NCBI GenBank assembly: GCA_009914755.4
Contig: CP086569.2
Span: 21,472,001 to 21,536,000, forward strand
Direction of reading: 5' to 3'
DNA: 64,000 bases
DNA from: the human T2T-CHM13v2.0 reference genome, Homo sapiens
Below are positions 54,737-64,000 of the stretch, in pieces. The number at the start of each line of letters is the position of its first letter. Positions within the stretch are counted from its first letter, which is position 1. A model generated the notes under the pieces. That model saw only the letters and a list, made by a program, of their open reading frames with translations. It did no database searches and was not told the origin of the DNA. Position numbers and translations under genes: made by a program.

Positions 54737-55155
54737 TGAGGAGAGAAGCCATTTCTCCTACTGTCCCCTGTCTCCAAAGAAAAGAAAGAAGAAAAAACTG
54801 AAAAATAACAAACTGATCAGTGCCACTGGCCAGGCATGTAGGTTAAAGATTAACCCCCACCCTAACCACTTGTGCTATCTTCAGACTACAGACAATGGTG
54901 TGGGGAAATACTTGCCTTGCTTACCCCCACCGCTAATGTATGTGGACACAGTCATGTACCTCATGCTTGCTCAATCTATCATGACCCTTTCACATGGACC
55001 CCTTAGAGTTGTAAGCCCTTAAAAGGGCCAAGAACTTTTTCTTCAAGGAGCTTTGTTCTTGAGACGCAAGTCTGCCGGTGGTCCTGGCCAAATAAAGCCT
55101 CTTCCTTCTTTAACGCAGTGTCTGAGGAGCTTTGTCTGTGACTCATCCTGCTACA
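54737..55155 (+). repeat. 3' LTR of the HERV-E-like provirus
   Basis: tgaggagagaagccatttctcctactgtcccctgtctccaaagaa...ccaaataaagcctcttccttctttaacgcagtgtctgaggagctttgtctgtgactcatcctgctaca. AATAAA is present in both LTRs. Confidence 0.85.
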
Positions 55156-56188
55156 ACAGAACAACTCAAATTTTCTGCGTCCTTAACCATGATGATCCTC
55201 AATCTTTTTATTTGACAAAACAATTATTTTATTTTGATTGTTCTCAAAAAGTGGTTATAATCAATCACACTTTAAAATTATATTATTTCCAAAAAATAAA
55301 TTTGTATTTTATAAATTAAAATCAAAATATAAAAATTTTATATTGTTTCTGATAACTTTAGAGATTATATGATTAGAGTAGATAAAAACTTACAAAATGC
55401 TAAAAAAGAAATGCTGATATGTTCATACATGTTGCTAACACCAAGTAGAAAAAAATTAACTAAAGGGGATAAAACTGAGAAAATAGTCAAATAATTGTTG
55501 TAATTTTACTTTAAACTATTGCTGCTTTATTTTGTGTTTTTTGCCAAAGTTAAGAAAACCTTATTTCTTTTTATGCTATTTATAACTTGTAAAAATGATT
55601 AAAATATACTTTTATAAGACAAATTAAAGCTTTTGCCTTTATCTCTATCTAAAGTCTTCAAAATTCAAACACTATTTTATGAATCTTCTGATTTTATGAA
55701 AAGATAGTTATGTATATGAATTCAATAAAAAAGAGATCTGTACTTTCCTGGTAGCAGCACACAATTGGAGTCATTAGAAATTTTACCAAGGCATTGATTT
55801 AAAATGAATATTTTCAAATTTGACCAGACTGCTTCAAAAATGATTTGACTTTATGGAGATCATAAGAAGTCGTTTAAAAAGACTTGCCTTACTTCTAGTC
55901 TACACTGCTTATAGTTTTCCTGACCTTTTACCCAACAAGCTTGTTATAGACAACTTGATATAAACTTAAAAAGTTGGAGCTTATATATAAGCAAGTTTAA
56001 GGCCTCTTGAGTATAAATTACTCAAGGATCTCCAAGGAAGACTTGAACTATAACCCAAAAAGTTTGTCAAAATGCCATTTAAACTAAAAATGTTTCTGAG
56101 ATTCTTAAAAACTAGTTTTTAGACTAATTAGTTCATTAGGGTTTTTATTGTTTTCATAAAAATAAATTTTATTCAAAATATTTTTATG

Positions 56189-56446
56189 GCCAGGCATGGT
56201 GGCTCACACCTGTAATCCTGGCACTTTGGGAGGCTGAGGTGGGTGAATCATGAGGTCAGGAGTTAGAGACCAACCCATCTCTACTAAAAGTACAAAAAAT
56301 TATCTGCGGATAGTGGTGCTCACCTGTAGTCCTGGCTACTCAGGAGGCTGAGGCACAAAGATTGCTTGCACCCAGGAGGTGGAGGTTGCAGTGAGCCAAG
56401 ATCACACCACTGCACTCCAACCCTGGTGACAGAGAGAGATTCCCTA
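56189..56446 (+). mobile_element. Alu, sense, short tail followed by a (TA)/(TATG)-rich tract
   Basis: ggccaggcatggtggctcacacctgtaatcctggcactttgggaggctgaggtgggtgaatcatgaggtcaggagttagagacc...ctgcactccaaccctggtgacagagagagattccc. Confidence 0.9.
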
Positions 56447-57415
56447 TATATACATGTATATATATTTACATCGATCATATAGTGAGTCTTAACTGTGAGA
56501 GACATTTTGCAATGCCATCTTTTGAAGTGAAATACATTTGTTTAATTTTACTGATATATTCTCAGGAATCAGAGATTAATTCAACAAGATATTAAATAAA
56601 ATACATAATATTTATTCTTTTCTACTTATCACAATCTTTTCCCCCTTCTTTCTATGTCTCTTATCAAAACTTCTGACTTAAGCTTCTCAAACTCTGCTTT
56701 TAATATCTCAAATGTTCTAAATGTAAAAGTTTTATAGAGAGGACTGAAGGAAATCAAAATATTTTACTTTGAAATATTTTTATTTGATATATTTGAGATG
56801 GCTATGCAAAGGGCCTGCAAGGAGAAGAAATCCTCAAAGCTGTTTTTTTTTTTTTTTTTTTTAAAAAAGAGTCATATTTGCATAGAAAATTTACATTAAT
56901 GCAGCCAGACTTAGAAATACTGAGTGACAAATTTAAAAAGCTGGAAAAAAAAATGTACTATTCTATCTGAGGACTGCCTTCTATGAGATTTAATCTATAT
57001 AACAAGATAAAGTTTGCTAGCTAGGCCTTCTCTTCTCCTCTTTCTATAACTTAAGCATCTTTAGTTCTAGTTGCAATTTGACATAATTTTTTGGATTATA
57101 GTTTGCTCACTGTAACTTGTTTTTTCATGCTTCAAGCATCCATTTTTTCCTCTAAGCTCAATTAGTATAAAAGCATTAAAGATCTGGCTGTTTATTTGAA
57201 TTTTTATGTTTTATATAATGCTCATACATGTTAATAAATTTATATACCCATTTATTTTTCAAAATGGCAGACAGGAGGTAGTGTTAGCATGCCTTTCACC
57301 CTTGAAAGAAAAAATAGAGGGTAGAAATTCACACTATGAATTGTTTTTTTCAAGTACCACTTTGAATCTTAATAGGAAAACTGAAAGAATCCACACAACC
57401 TTTAAAAGAAGTGGC

Positions 57416-57734
<319 letters not shown>

Positions 57735-58406
57735 AGTGGCAAGCTGATTCCTACTCTATGAAGCAGGTAAAAAAATGTTTCCAGAGTGTTAAAGTTAGAA
57801 AGCCTGCATCTGAGCACACAACCCTAGGTAATCTGAACATCCAGATTACAGGAGAAGCCCTTAACCCTACCCAAAGAGATTTAGGGGGCCACATGAAATG
57901 TAAAAGTAGAAGCAGCAGCAGAAAGAACCTTGTACGCATTCCTAGTATCCAGCATGAGCTGAGGGAAGTCATCCATGACTACAACTCACAAGGGCCTTCA
58001 TGAAAGTCAAACAATGAGATCAGGGAGTGTCACAGTGTGGAAGGAGCTCCCAAGTGAATTTTGTAATTCTCTAAATGGGGAGAAACTTCCTCGAACACAA
58101 CTGGGGACAAGTGTGAGGATACTGTAGACAGGAGCACAGGAGCTGGGCAGCCAGCTTCACATGAAGACATAGAGGGTCATGGAATAGAAATCAAGGTTGT
58201 TATCTCTGCAGGGAAGCTTACAAAGTGGGGAAGATCTGAGTTGTGTGTGCAAGCTACCTGGATTTAAACAAGGTGCTGTTAATGGGGCACTGTTCAGGTG
58301 AGACCAGCTTTGTCAGGTTTTTGGGACCTGGGTGAGGCTTATAATTTCCTGCTACTCCCCACACCATTTGTGAACTTTACTGCCCAGCAGAGGCAGTTTT
58401 ACTCCC

Positions 58407-58495
58407 TTCTGGAATATTACCTAGTGACCTGGATATTTTCTTCTGGAATATTACCTAGTGGAATATTACTTTCTGGAATATTACCTAGTGACCTG
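58407..58495. repeat. Short tandem repeat, about 3.5 copies of a 20-25 bp unit (ttctggaatattacctagtg[acctg])
   Basis: ttctggaatattacctagtgacctggatattttcttctggaatattacctagtggaatattactttctggaatattacctagtgacctg. Confidence 0.85.
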
Positions 58496-59887
58496 ATAAA
58501 CACAGTGGCCACAGCTGGCCCTGCCCAAGGAGAGTGTGAGCTCATACCTAACACTGACCCCACCTAATGGTATTTCTCTACCTACCCTGGTAGCTTAACA
58601 CAAATAACATAAACTTTTAGGAGTTTTATGACCCCATCTATCACCTGAGAACCCAGAATACTTCTACAGAAAAACAAAGTAAGCACAAATCTTACTGCTA
58701 CTACCACAGCTGGTGCTCTCTTTTATATGCCATCTCTTGGTGGGAGGCCAAACTGCTTAGGCCATTACAGCATCTCTCAGCAGAAGAGCACTGCTCCTAG
58801 GAGTGAGAAAATAGTTATGGGAATCTCAGCTAACACCACTGCCTACAAAAACCTGGCCAATGACAGGTCATAAGTGTGTACATGTTACAAGTTCATTACA
58901 ATTAAAATCAGCATTCAAGAAAGCCATCACATTAAGTTTATATACAACTAAGGAATCAAATGGTGTATGTCATTCCCCTGCCACCTCTAAGGGAGCAGGC
59001 ACTGGTATCTACTACTAGGAGACCTGAAGTCAGGTTGCATCACTAGATCCCTTCCAGACATTTCCCAGCACGAGCTTGAAGTTTGGCAGCCCATCTGGGT
59101 AGCTAGACTCAGAAGAGCAATAACAATAAATGCAGTGCAGCTCTCAGAAAGTTCCATTCACAGGAGAAGGAAGGATCGTGCACCATATCAAGGGAACACC
59201 CAGTGGGACAAAGGAATCTGGGTGGAAGGCCTTCCATCCATTATCTTTCCCACTGGTGGGAAGCTTCTTACAGCAAAGACATAATTGCAGTGCTAGTTAA
59301 AGCAGGGAAATTCTGTACCTCTACCCCAACAGGCAGGCAACCTCCGTGATTGTAAAGAGGCTTGGAGAAGAGGTCTGTTCCCACTCCCACCCCCTGCCAC
59401 ACCGTATACCTTTGCAGACAGAGCTGGGGCTTGTCTTATGGGATGCAGCATGAATTAATCTACAGGCAAACTTCCGGGAACAATTCAGGGTAATTGCATC
59501 CCCGCAGGAGGAGTGCTTCCCTGATTCAGACCCGCACAACAGGCAGAGTCACAATTTCTGTCTACTTGGAACATAAACGTTCCTATGGATGATAAGAGGT
59601 ACCTGTTTGATCTGAAAAGCTAAAATATGGGACAGGAATGAGGCTGAGAGGCAGATAACTTTTCTCCTTGCCTGGCAGGGGTGCTAAAGTAGCTCTCCCC
59701 TTCACTTTGATAAATCCTCAGCACATCTAATTGAGAGCTCCCACAGCCACCTTCATCAAAGGTTGGAACCTCTACCCAACACTGGGTATTACATCTTCCT
59801 AGATCTACCCACATTAGCTACAACCAGTGTCTACCCAGGGTTACCTGCCCTATTGACTGAATCATCAACTCAGTAAATAAAATCCTG

Positions 59888-59962
59888 GGGGGAAATTAAA
59901 TAAATAAATGAAATGTACACATTTTAGGGGGAAAATTAAATAAATAAGTGAAATGTATACCA
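59888..59962. repeat. Tandem duplication, 2 x about 44 bp
   Basis: ggggaaattaaataaataaatgaaatgtacacatttta | gggggaaaattaaataaataagtgaaatgtatacca. Confidence 0.8.
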
Positions 59963-59989
59963 CTTGAGAATGAGCTAAGCTTCAAGAGA

Positions 59990-60940
59990 TCCCTGCCATT
60001 CCAAAACCATAGAAGCCAGTGAACTCATCCACATACCAAGAACATTACTACTACAACCAGCATCTCAGAAAGCCAGCACAAAAGGACGCTCTATAAGTAA
60101 AAAAAACTCATACAGGGTCATCACCACTACAAGCACCAAGAACAAAATTAAGCTAAAATAAACTATAAACATCAAAGTCAGATTATTAGGAATAAGAAAA
60201 AATAATCAAGTAAAAAATAAATTCAAGAAAAACTTAAAAAAATAGTTTATCCATGTGAGAAGAAACAAGAAAGGTATTCTAATAATATGACAAAACAGGC
60301 TCTATAATTCTCTCCAGAGATTATACCAGCTCCCCAGCAGTAAATCTAAACCAAGATGAAACCTCTGAAATGCCAAAGAATTGAGAAGATTGATTATTAT
60401 GATACTCGAGAAGATATCAGAGAAAAGTAAAAAACAACCAAAAATTTTAAAAATAGGATATGAATTTTTAAATTTCCAAAGAAATAGCTATAATAAGAAA
60501 AAAGGAATCAGAACAATCATAACTTCTCTGGAAATTAAAGACACACAGGGGAATACTAAACACTGTGGAAAGTTTCAATAATAGATAAGAACAAGTAGAG
60601 GAAAAGATTTTAGAGCTCAAAGGCAAGACTTTTAACCCAATGAAACAAAGACAAAATAAAAAGAATTCAAAAACTGAACACAGTCTCCAAGAAATATGGA
60701 ATTATGTAAAACTGACAAACCTAAGATTAATTGATGTTCTTGAGGGAGAAGTCTAAAAGTTTTGAAAACTTAACTTGAGGCAAAAATTGAGAAAATTGTC
60801 TCTGGCCTTGCCAGACATCTAGACAGCCAAATGCAAGAAGCTCAAAGGATTCCTGGGAATTTTATTGTGGAAAGATCATCATCACCAAAGAACAGAGTCA
60901 TCAGAATATCTAAAGTCAAAATGAATGAAATAATTGTGAG
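59990..60940 (+). mobile_element. Old LINE-1 (L1M) ORF1-region fragment, sense
   Basis: Degenerate ORF1-like translation: ...NKKNSKTEHSLQEIWNYVKLTNLRLIDVLEGE (cf. L1 ORF1 ...LRDLWDNIKRTNIRIIGVPEGEE), then ...AQRIPGNFIVERSSSPKNRVIRI. 58560-59990 may be its 5' UTR (unverified). Confidence 0.5.
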
Positions 60941-61406
60941 TTATATGTGAAACGGCAGGAGATCGGTCAGAGTGGTGGGAGAAATTTATAGGGAAAGGAG
61001 CAGGCCTTCTGAAAGGTCAGAAGCCTCTGCATAGCTTCAGGGGAGAATAGCTGAAGGCAGCTGTTCTCTATCTCTGAGGCAGACAGCAAGCGGTAGGTAC
61101 AAGGAAGTGTAGGGGAATTTATCTTAAACAGGCTTATTCACTTATATTGACCAGGAACTGATGCTTGATCATCCAGGTGCATGACACTCCCTGAAAGGGG
61201 AACAATAAATATTAATTTCCCACAGATTGTGTTTGCTCCAGGCTCTCAGCATTATGCCTGCACTGAATAAAAGCAAGCAGCTCTAGCTTCTCGAGGCTAC
61301 ACTTTGGCCACTAGAGCTAGGCAGACCCCTACCGGATCTTACACTGCATACCTGTGTCTAAGTATTCCTTTTATCTGTCACTCGGCCAGGGTCTGCACAA
61401 AAAACA
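60935..61406 (+). repeat. Candidate 5' LTR of the downstream class II (HERV-K-like) provirus
   Basis: Starts tgtgag..., contains aataaaagcaagcagctc, ends ...ctgcacaaaaaaca directly followed by tggcaggtagtgtcc (TGG... as expected of a PBS). No second LTR in the window to compare; boundaries inferred. Confidence 0.3.
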
Positions 61407-61478
61407 TGGCAGGTAGTGTCCTTTGTGAGGAACACTGCAATGGATCACAACAGAACCCTCAAAAATGAAGGTGAAGTG

Positions 61479-61704
61479 GGCCGGGCGCAGTGGCTCACGC
61501 CTGTAATCCCAGCACTTTGGGAGGCCGAGGCTTGCAGATCACGAGGTCATGAGATCAAGGCCAGCCTGACCAACATAGTGAAACCCTGTCTCTACTAAAA
61601 ATACAAACAATTAGCTGGGTGTGGTGGTGCGTGCCTGTAGTCCTAGCTACTTGGGCACTCTAGCCTGGGCAACAAGAGTGAAACTCCGTCTTAAAAAAAA
61701 AAAA
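61479..61704 (+). mobile_element. Alu, sense, internally deleted in the right monomer, 12 bp TSD gaaggtgaagtg; inserted in the leader of the HERV-K-like element
   Basis: ggccgggcgcagtggctcacgcctgtaatcccagcactttgggaggccgaggcttgcagatcacgaggtcatgagatcaaggcc...gtagtcctagctacttgg|gcactctagcctgggcaacaagagtgaaactccgtcttaaaaaaaaaaa. gaaggtgaagtg at 61467-61478 and 61705-61716. Confidence 0.88.
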
Positions 61705-61759
61705 GAAGGTGAAGTGACTGCACAGTAAGTAATTTGTGTCTGTTCAGCATTCCCAAGTT

Positions 61760-64000
61760 GAAGGGGATTTTCAAGCTAGGGTTTCACCATGGGACAACAG
61801 TTACCAGCTCAACAGCAACAGTATATAAAAGTATTGAAACAGCTACTTAAAGCAAGTGGAGCCTCGGTTTTGCAGGCTCGATTAAGGAAACTAATGCAAA
61901 CTGTTGTTTGCCATAACCCCCATGGTTACCTAAAGAAGGCACATTAGACTTAGAGCTCTGGGACTAAGTGGGGAGAAACTTAAATGACATCATGCAGAAG
62001 GGCAACATGTCCCAGTAACATCTTTAACGTTATGGGCCTTAGGTAGGGCTGCTTTGGCCCCACTCTACACAGAATAGCCTAAAAAGGGAAGGGAGGAAGA
62101 ACTATCATCTACCTTACCTCCTCCTCCTCTTCCCTCAGACCCACTGTTATCAAGTAAAGGTGCCACACAGGAGACAGAGATTTTCCCTGAGCCCCCTCCA
62201 CCAATAAATTGGAAAAAAGACAGATGATACACTACAGTTATGGGACCCTAACTTAGGAAAGCATATTAGAAGGGGAGCTCTTGGCCTACCCAGTGATGCA
62301 AGATCAACAAGGAAATCAGGTACATAAACCCATTATTTTCAACACTTACAAGGAAATGAGAAAAAACATTAGAGAAAATGGAGCTGCTAGCCCATTTACA
62401 AAAGGATTAATTGAGGCCATAGCAAACAACTACCATATAACCCTGTGGGACTGGTCAGTATTAGCTAAAACAACTTTAGAGGCCAGTCAATACCTCTAAA
62501 TGTCATGAGTTGTGAGGACAACAAGCCAATCAGAATCAATAGGCCAAGCAAAACATAATGGCTGCTACGTTCAGGGGAGGGGTCCCTGTATTAATGCACA
62601 ACAACAATTAAATTTTGTCCCTCTTTGCACAAGTATCTTTGTGCATTCACAGGATCTGGGACCAAATTCCCCAAGGCAGAATTCATCAGGGGGCTTTTGT
62701 AAATGTTTGACAAGGGCCTCAGGAGGCATTTGTTGAATTTATCAGTTGGTTGACCCACGCAATTGAGAGACAAATTACTCATGACTAGGCTGCTGATATC
62801 TTATTGTTGCAATTGGCTTAAAAAAATGCTAATGTAGACTGCCAGCAAGCAATGTAGGCAATCAGAGGAAACGCAGCTACAGTCAGGGGAACTTACATGA
62901 GGAAGTCAGCTGGTGCAGACTGAAACACACAAAGCCAGAATATTGGCAATGTCATTACAGCCTCCTAAAGTGAAAAGAGAGAAAAACCCAAATTGTTTCT
63001 ATGTGGAGAACCAGGTTATATGAAGCAGAAATGCCCCAATAGTAAAGACCAAAGTAACTCAGGAAAAGAACCTTCTTCTATATGCCCCTGAGGTAAAAAG
63101 GGACAACACTGGGCAAATCAAAGTAAGTCCAAATTTGATAAAAATGGCAACCCCCTAAGTAATTAAGTTGAAAACTTCAGCAGCTTTCCTAGATCAGATG
63201 GAAAGCCCTCAGTCCTCTTTCTCAGAGCAGCCACCACTGGGAACTCACAACTGGACTTACTCTGCCCCAACAAATTAGTGCTAAAAGAAGAAGACCCTAA
63301 AAGGGTTGCAACAAGAGTCTGGACCCACTGCCTCTGGAAACAGTGGGATTGGTCCTAGGGTGATCCAAACTATCCTGTAAAGGAATCAATGTGCTTACCA
63401 GAGTAATTGATAGTGATTATCAGGTGACATATTAGTTATGATGTAATCTAAAGGACTACATATGCTCTCCTATATCTAAGATAGCTGGATTACTACTTAC
63501 TATACTGGGTTCCCAATGCCCAGGGAAAGGAAAGGGGACAAGGATGTTTTGGAAGCTTGGGAGCCACAGGAGTATATTGGGACCAGTTAATCCCTGATCA
63601 GAAACCCGTGATTACCTTAAAAATGGGAAATAAAAATTTTACTGGCCTGTTGGATACAAGGGCAGACATTTCGATCATTAATGATTAAAACTGGCCAGAA
63701 ACTTGGCCCTATGTCACTCAGAATTAAAAAAACTGTCAGCATTGGGAAAGCACCGACAGCCAAGCAGAGCATGCACCTCCTAACATGTCATGATCTGGAG
63801 GGAAGAAAAGCAGTTATACAACCTTTAATCATCCCCATCCCTGTTAATCTTTGCGGATGGGATCTGTTAGTCCAATGGGGGGTCACCTTGCAGACCCTTT
63901 TCTAATAGTGGCCACTGCTGTATTTCCTCCCCTACTCCTGACATGGCTCTCTCAATATCCAATTTGAGTAGAACAGTGGCCTTTAGAGGGAGATAAATTA
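61760..64000 (+). mobile_element. Internal region of a betaretrovirus-like class II ERV (HERV-K supergroup): gag (61789-~63150), dUTPase (~63150-63590), protease (~63590-63905) and the start of pol; runs off the window; all frames disrupted
   Basis: ATG at 61789 opening MGQQLPAQQQQYIKVLKQLLKASGASV. CA-like ORF 62281-62499 (...HKPIIFNTYKEMRKNIRENGAASPFTKGLIEAIANNYHITLWDWSVLAKTTLEASQYL) parallels HML-2 Gag ...RYKSFSIKMLKDMKEGVKQYGPNSPYMRTLLDSIAHGHRLIPYDWEILAKSSLSPSQFL. NC: LFLCGEPGYMKQKCP...GKKGQHWANQSKSKFDKNGNPLSN versus HML-2 [28 protein letters not shown]. dUTPase motifs ATTGNSQLDL and VIDSDYQ (63404-63424). Protease LLDT(R)ADISII (63650-63667, DTGA>DTRA) and ...IPVNLCGWDLLVQWGVTLQT (ORF 63681-63905), cf. 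PVNLWGRDLLQQWGAEI. Confidence 0.8.

Larger units (their letters stand above)
46327..55155 (+). mobile_element. Complete LTR-gag-pro-pol-env-LTR provirus of a gamma-retrovirus-like (class I) ERV, HERV-E-like, with 4 bp TSD ACAG; all genes inactivated
   Basis: Two homologous LTRs (46327-46757 and 54737-55155), both TG...CA. ACAG immediately 5' (46323-46326) and 3' (55156-55159). Internal gag (MA/CA/NC), PR with DTGA, RT with LPQGFKYSPTIF and YVDD, RNase H, IN, and env SU/TM with CX7CC in gammaretroviral order. Confidence 0.88.

Noticed and set aside
58407-58495. A short direct-repeat array that superficially resembles CRISPR repeat-spacer periodicity
   Set aside because: It has only about 3.5 imperfect units of 20-25 bp, with no uniform spacers, in a eukaryotic context. 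It is a simple minisatellite-like tandem repeat.

Overview
This 64 kb window is primate (almost certainly human) nuclear DNA, not a prokaryotic locus. It holds at least eight Alu elements, many LINE-1 fragments, one full-length L1PA and two LTR-retrovirus proviruses. No ORF longer than about 190 codons survives, and every ORF in the supplied track lies inside a transposable-element relic (L1 ORF1/ORF2, or retroviral gag/pro/pol/env). I could not support any host protein-coding exon, RNA gene or CRISPR array, and I found no bacterial or phage-style system. Coordinates are read by eye and are accurate to about 5-20 bp.

Main content, left to right:
- 0.6-12.8 kb: a cluster of L1M/L1PB/L1PA fragments with two twin-priming signatures and one candidate L1 3' transduction.
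- 15.3 and 16.2 kb: two Alu elements.
- 18066-24135: a full-length but ORF-dead L1PA on the minus strand, about 6.07 kb.
- 28.1-37.4 kb: an old, near full-length minus-strand L1. A twin-primed L1PA (29896-32505) is nested in it, and an internal paralogous segment preserves the empty insertion site.
- 38.4-45.3 kb: another old minus-strand L1 carrying a nested Alu with clean target-site duplications and a (T)51 run.
- 46327-55155: a complete 8.8 kb gamma-retrovirus-like provirus, HERV-E-like by its tRNA-Glu-type primer-binding site. It has LTR-gag-pro-pol-env-LTR, 4-bp target-site duplications ACAG, and every ORF disrupted.
- 57416-57728: a young AluYb8-type Alu with a long pure poly(A) tail and 12-bp target-site duplications, possibly polymorphic.
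- 61.8-64.0 kb: the 5' half of a HERV-K-supergroup (betaretrovirus-like) provirus with gag, dUTPase, protease and the start of pol. An Alu sits in its leader and a candidate 5' LTR lies upstream. It runs off the window edge.

The most interesting items are structural signatures of retrotransposition rather than a novel gene system.
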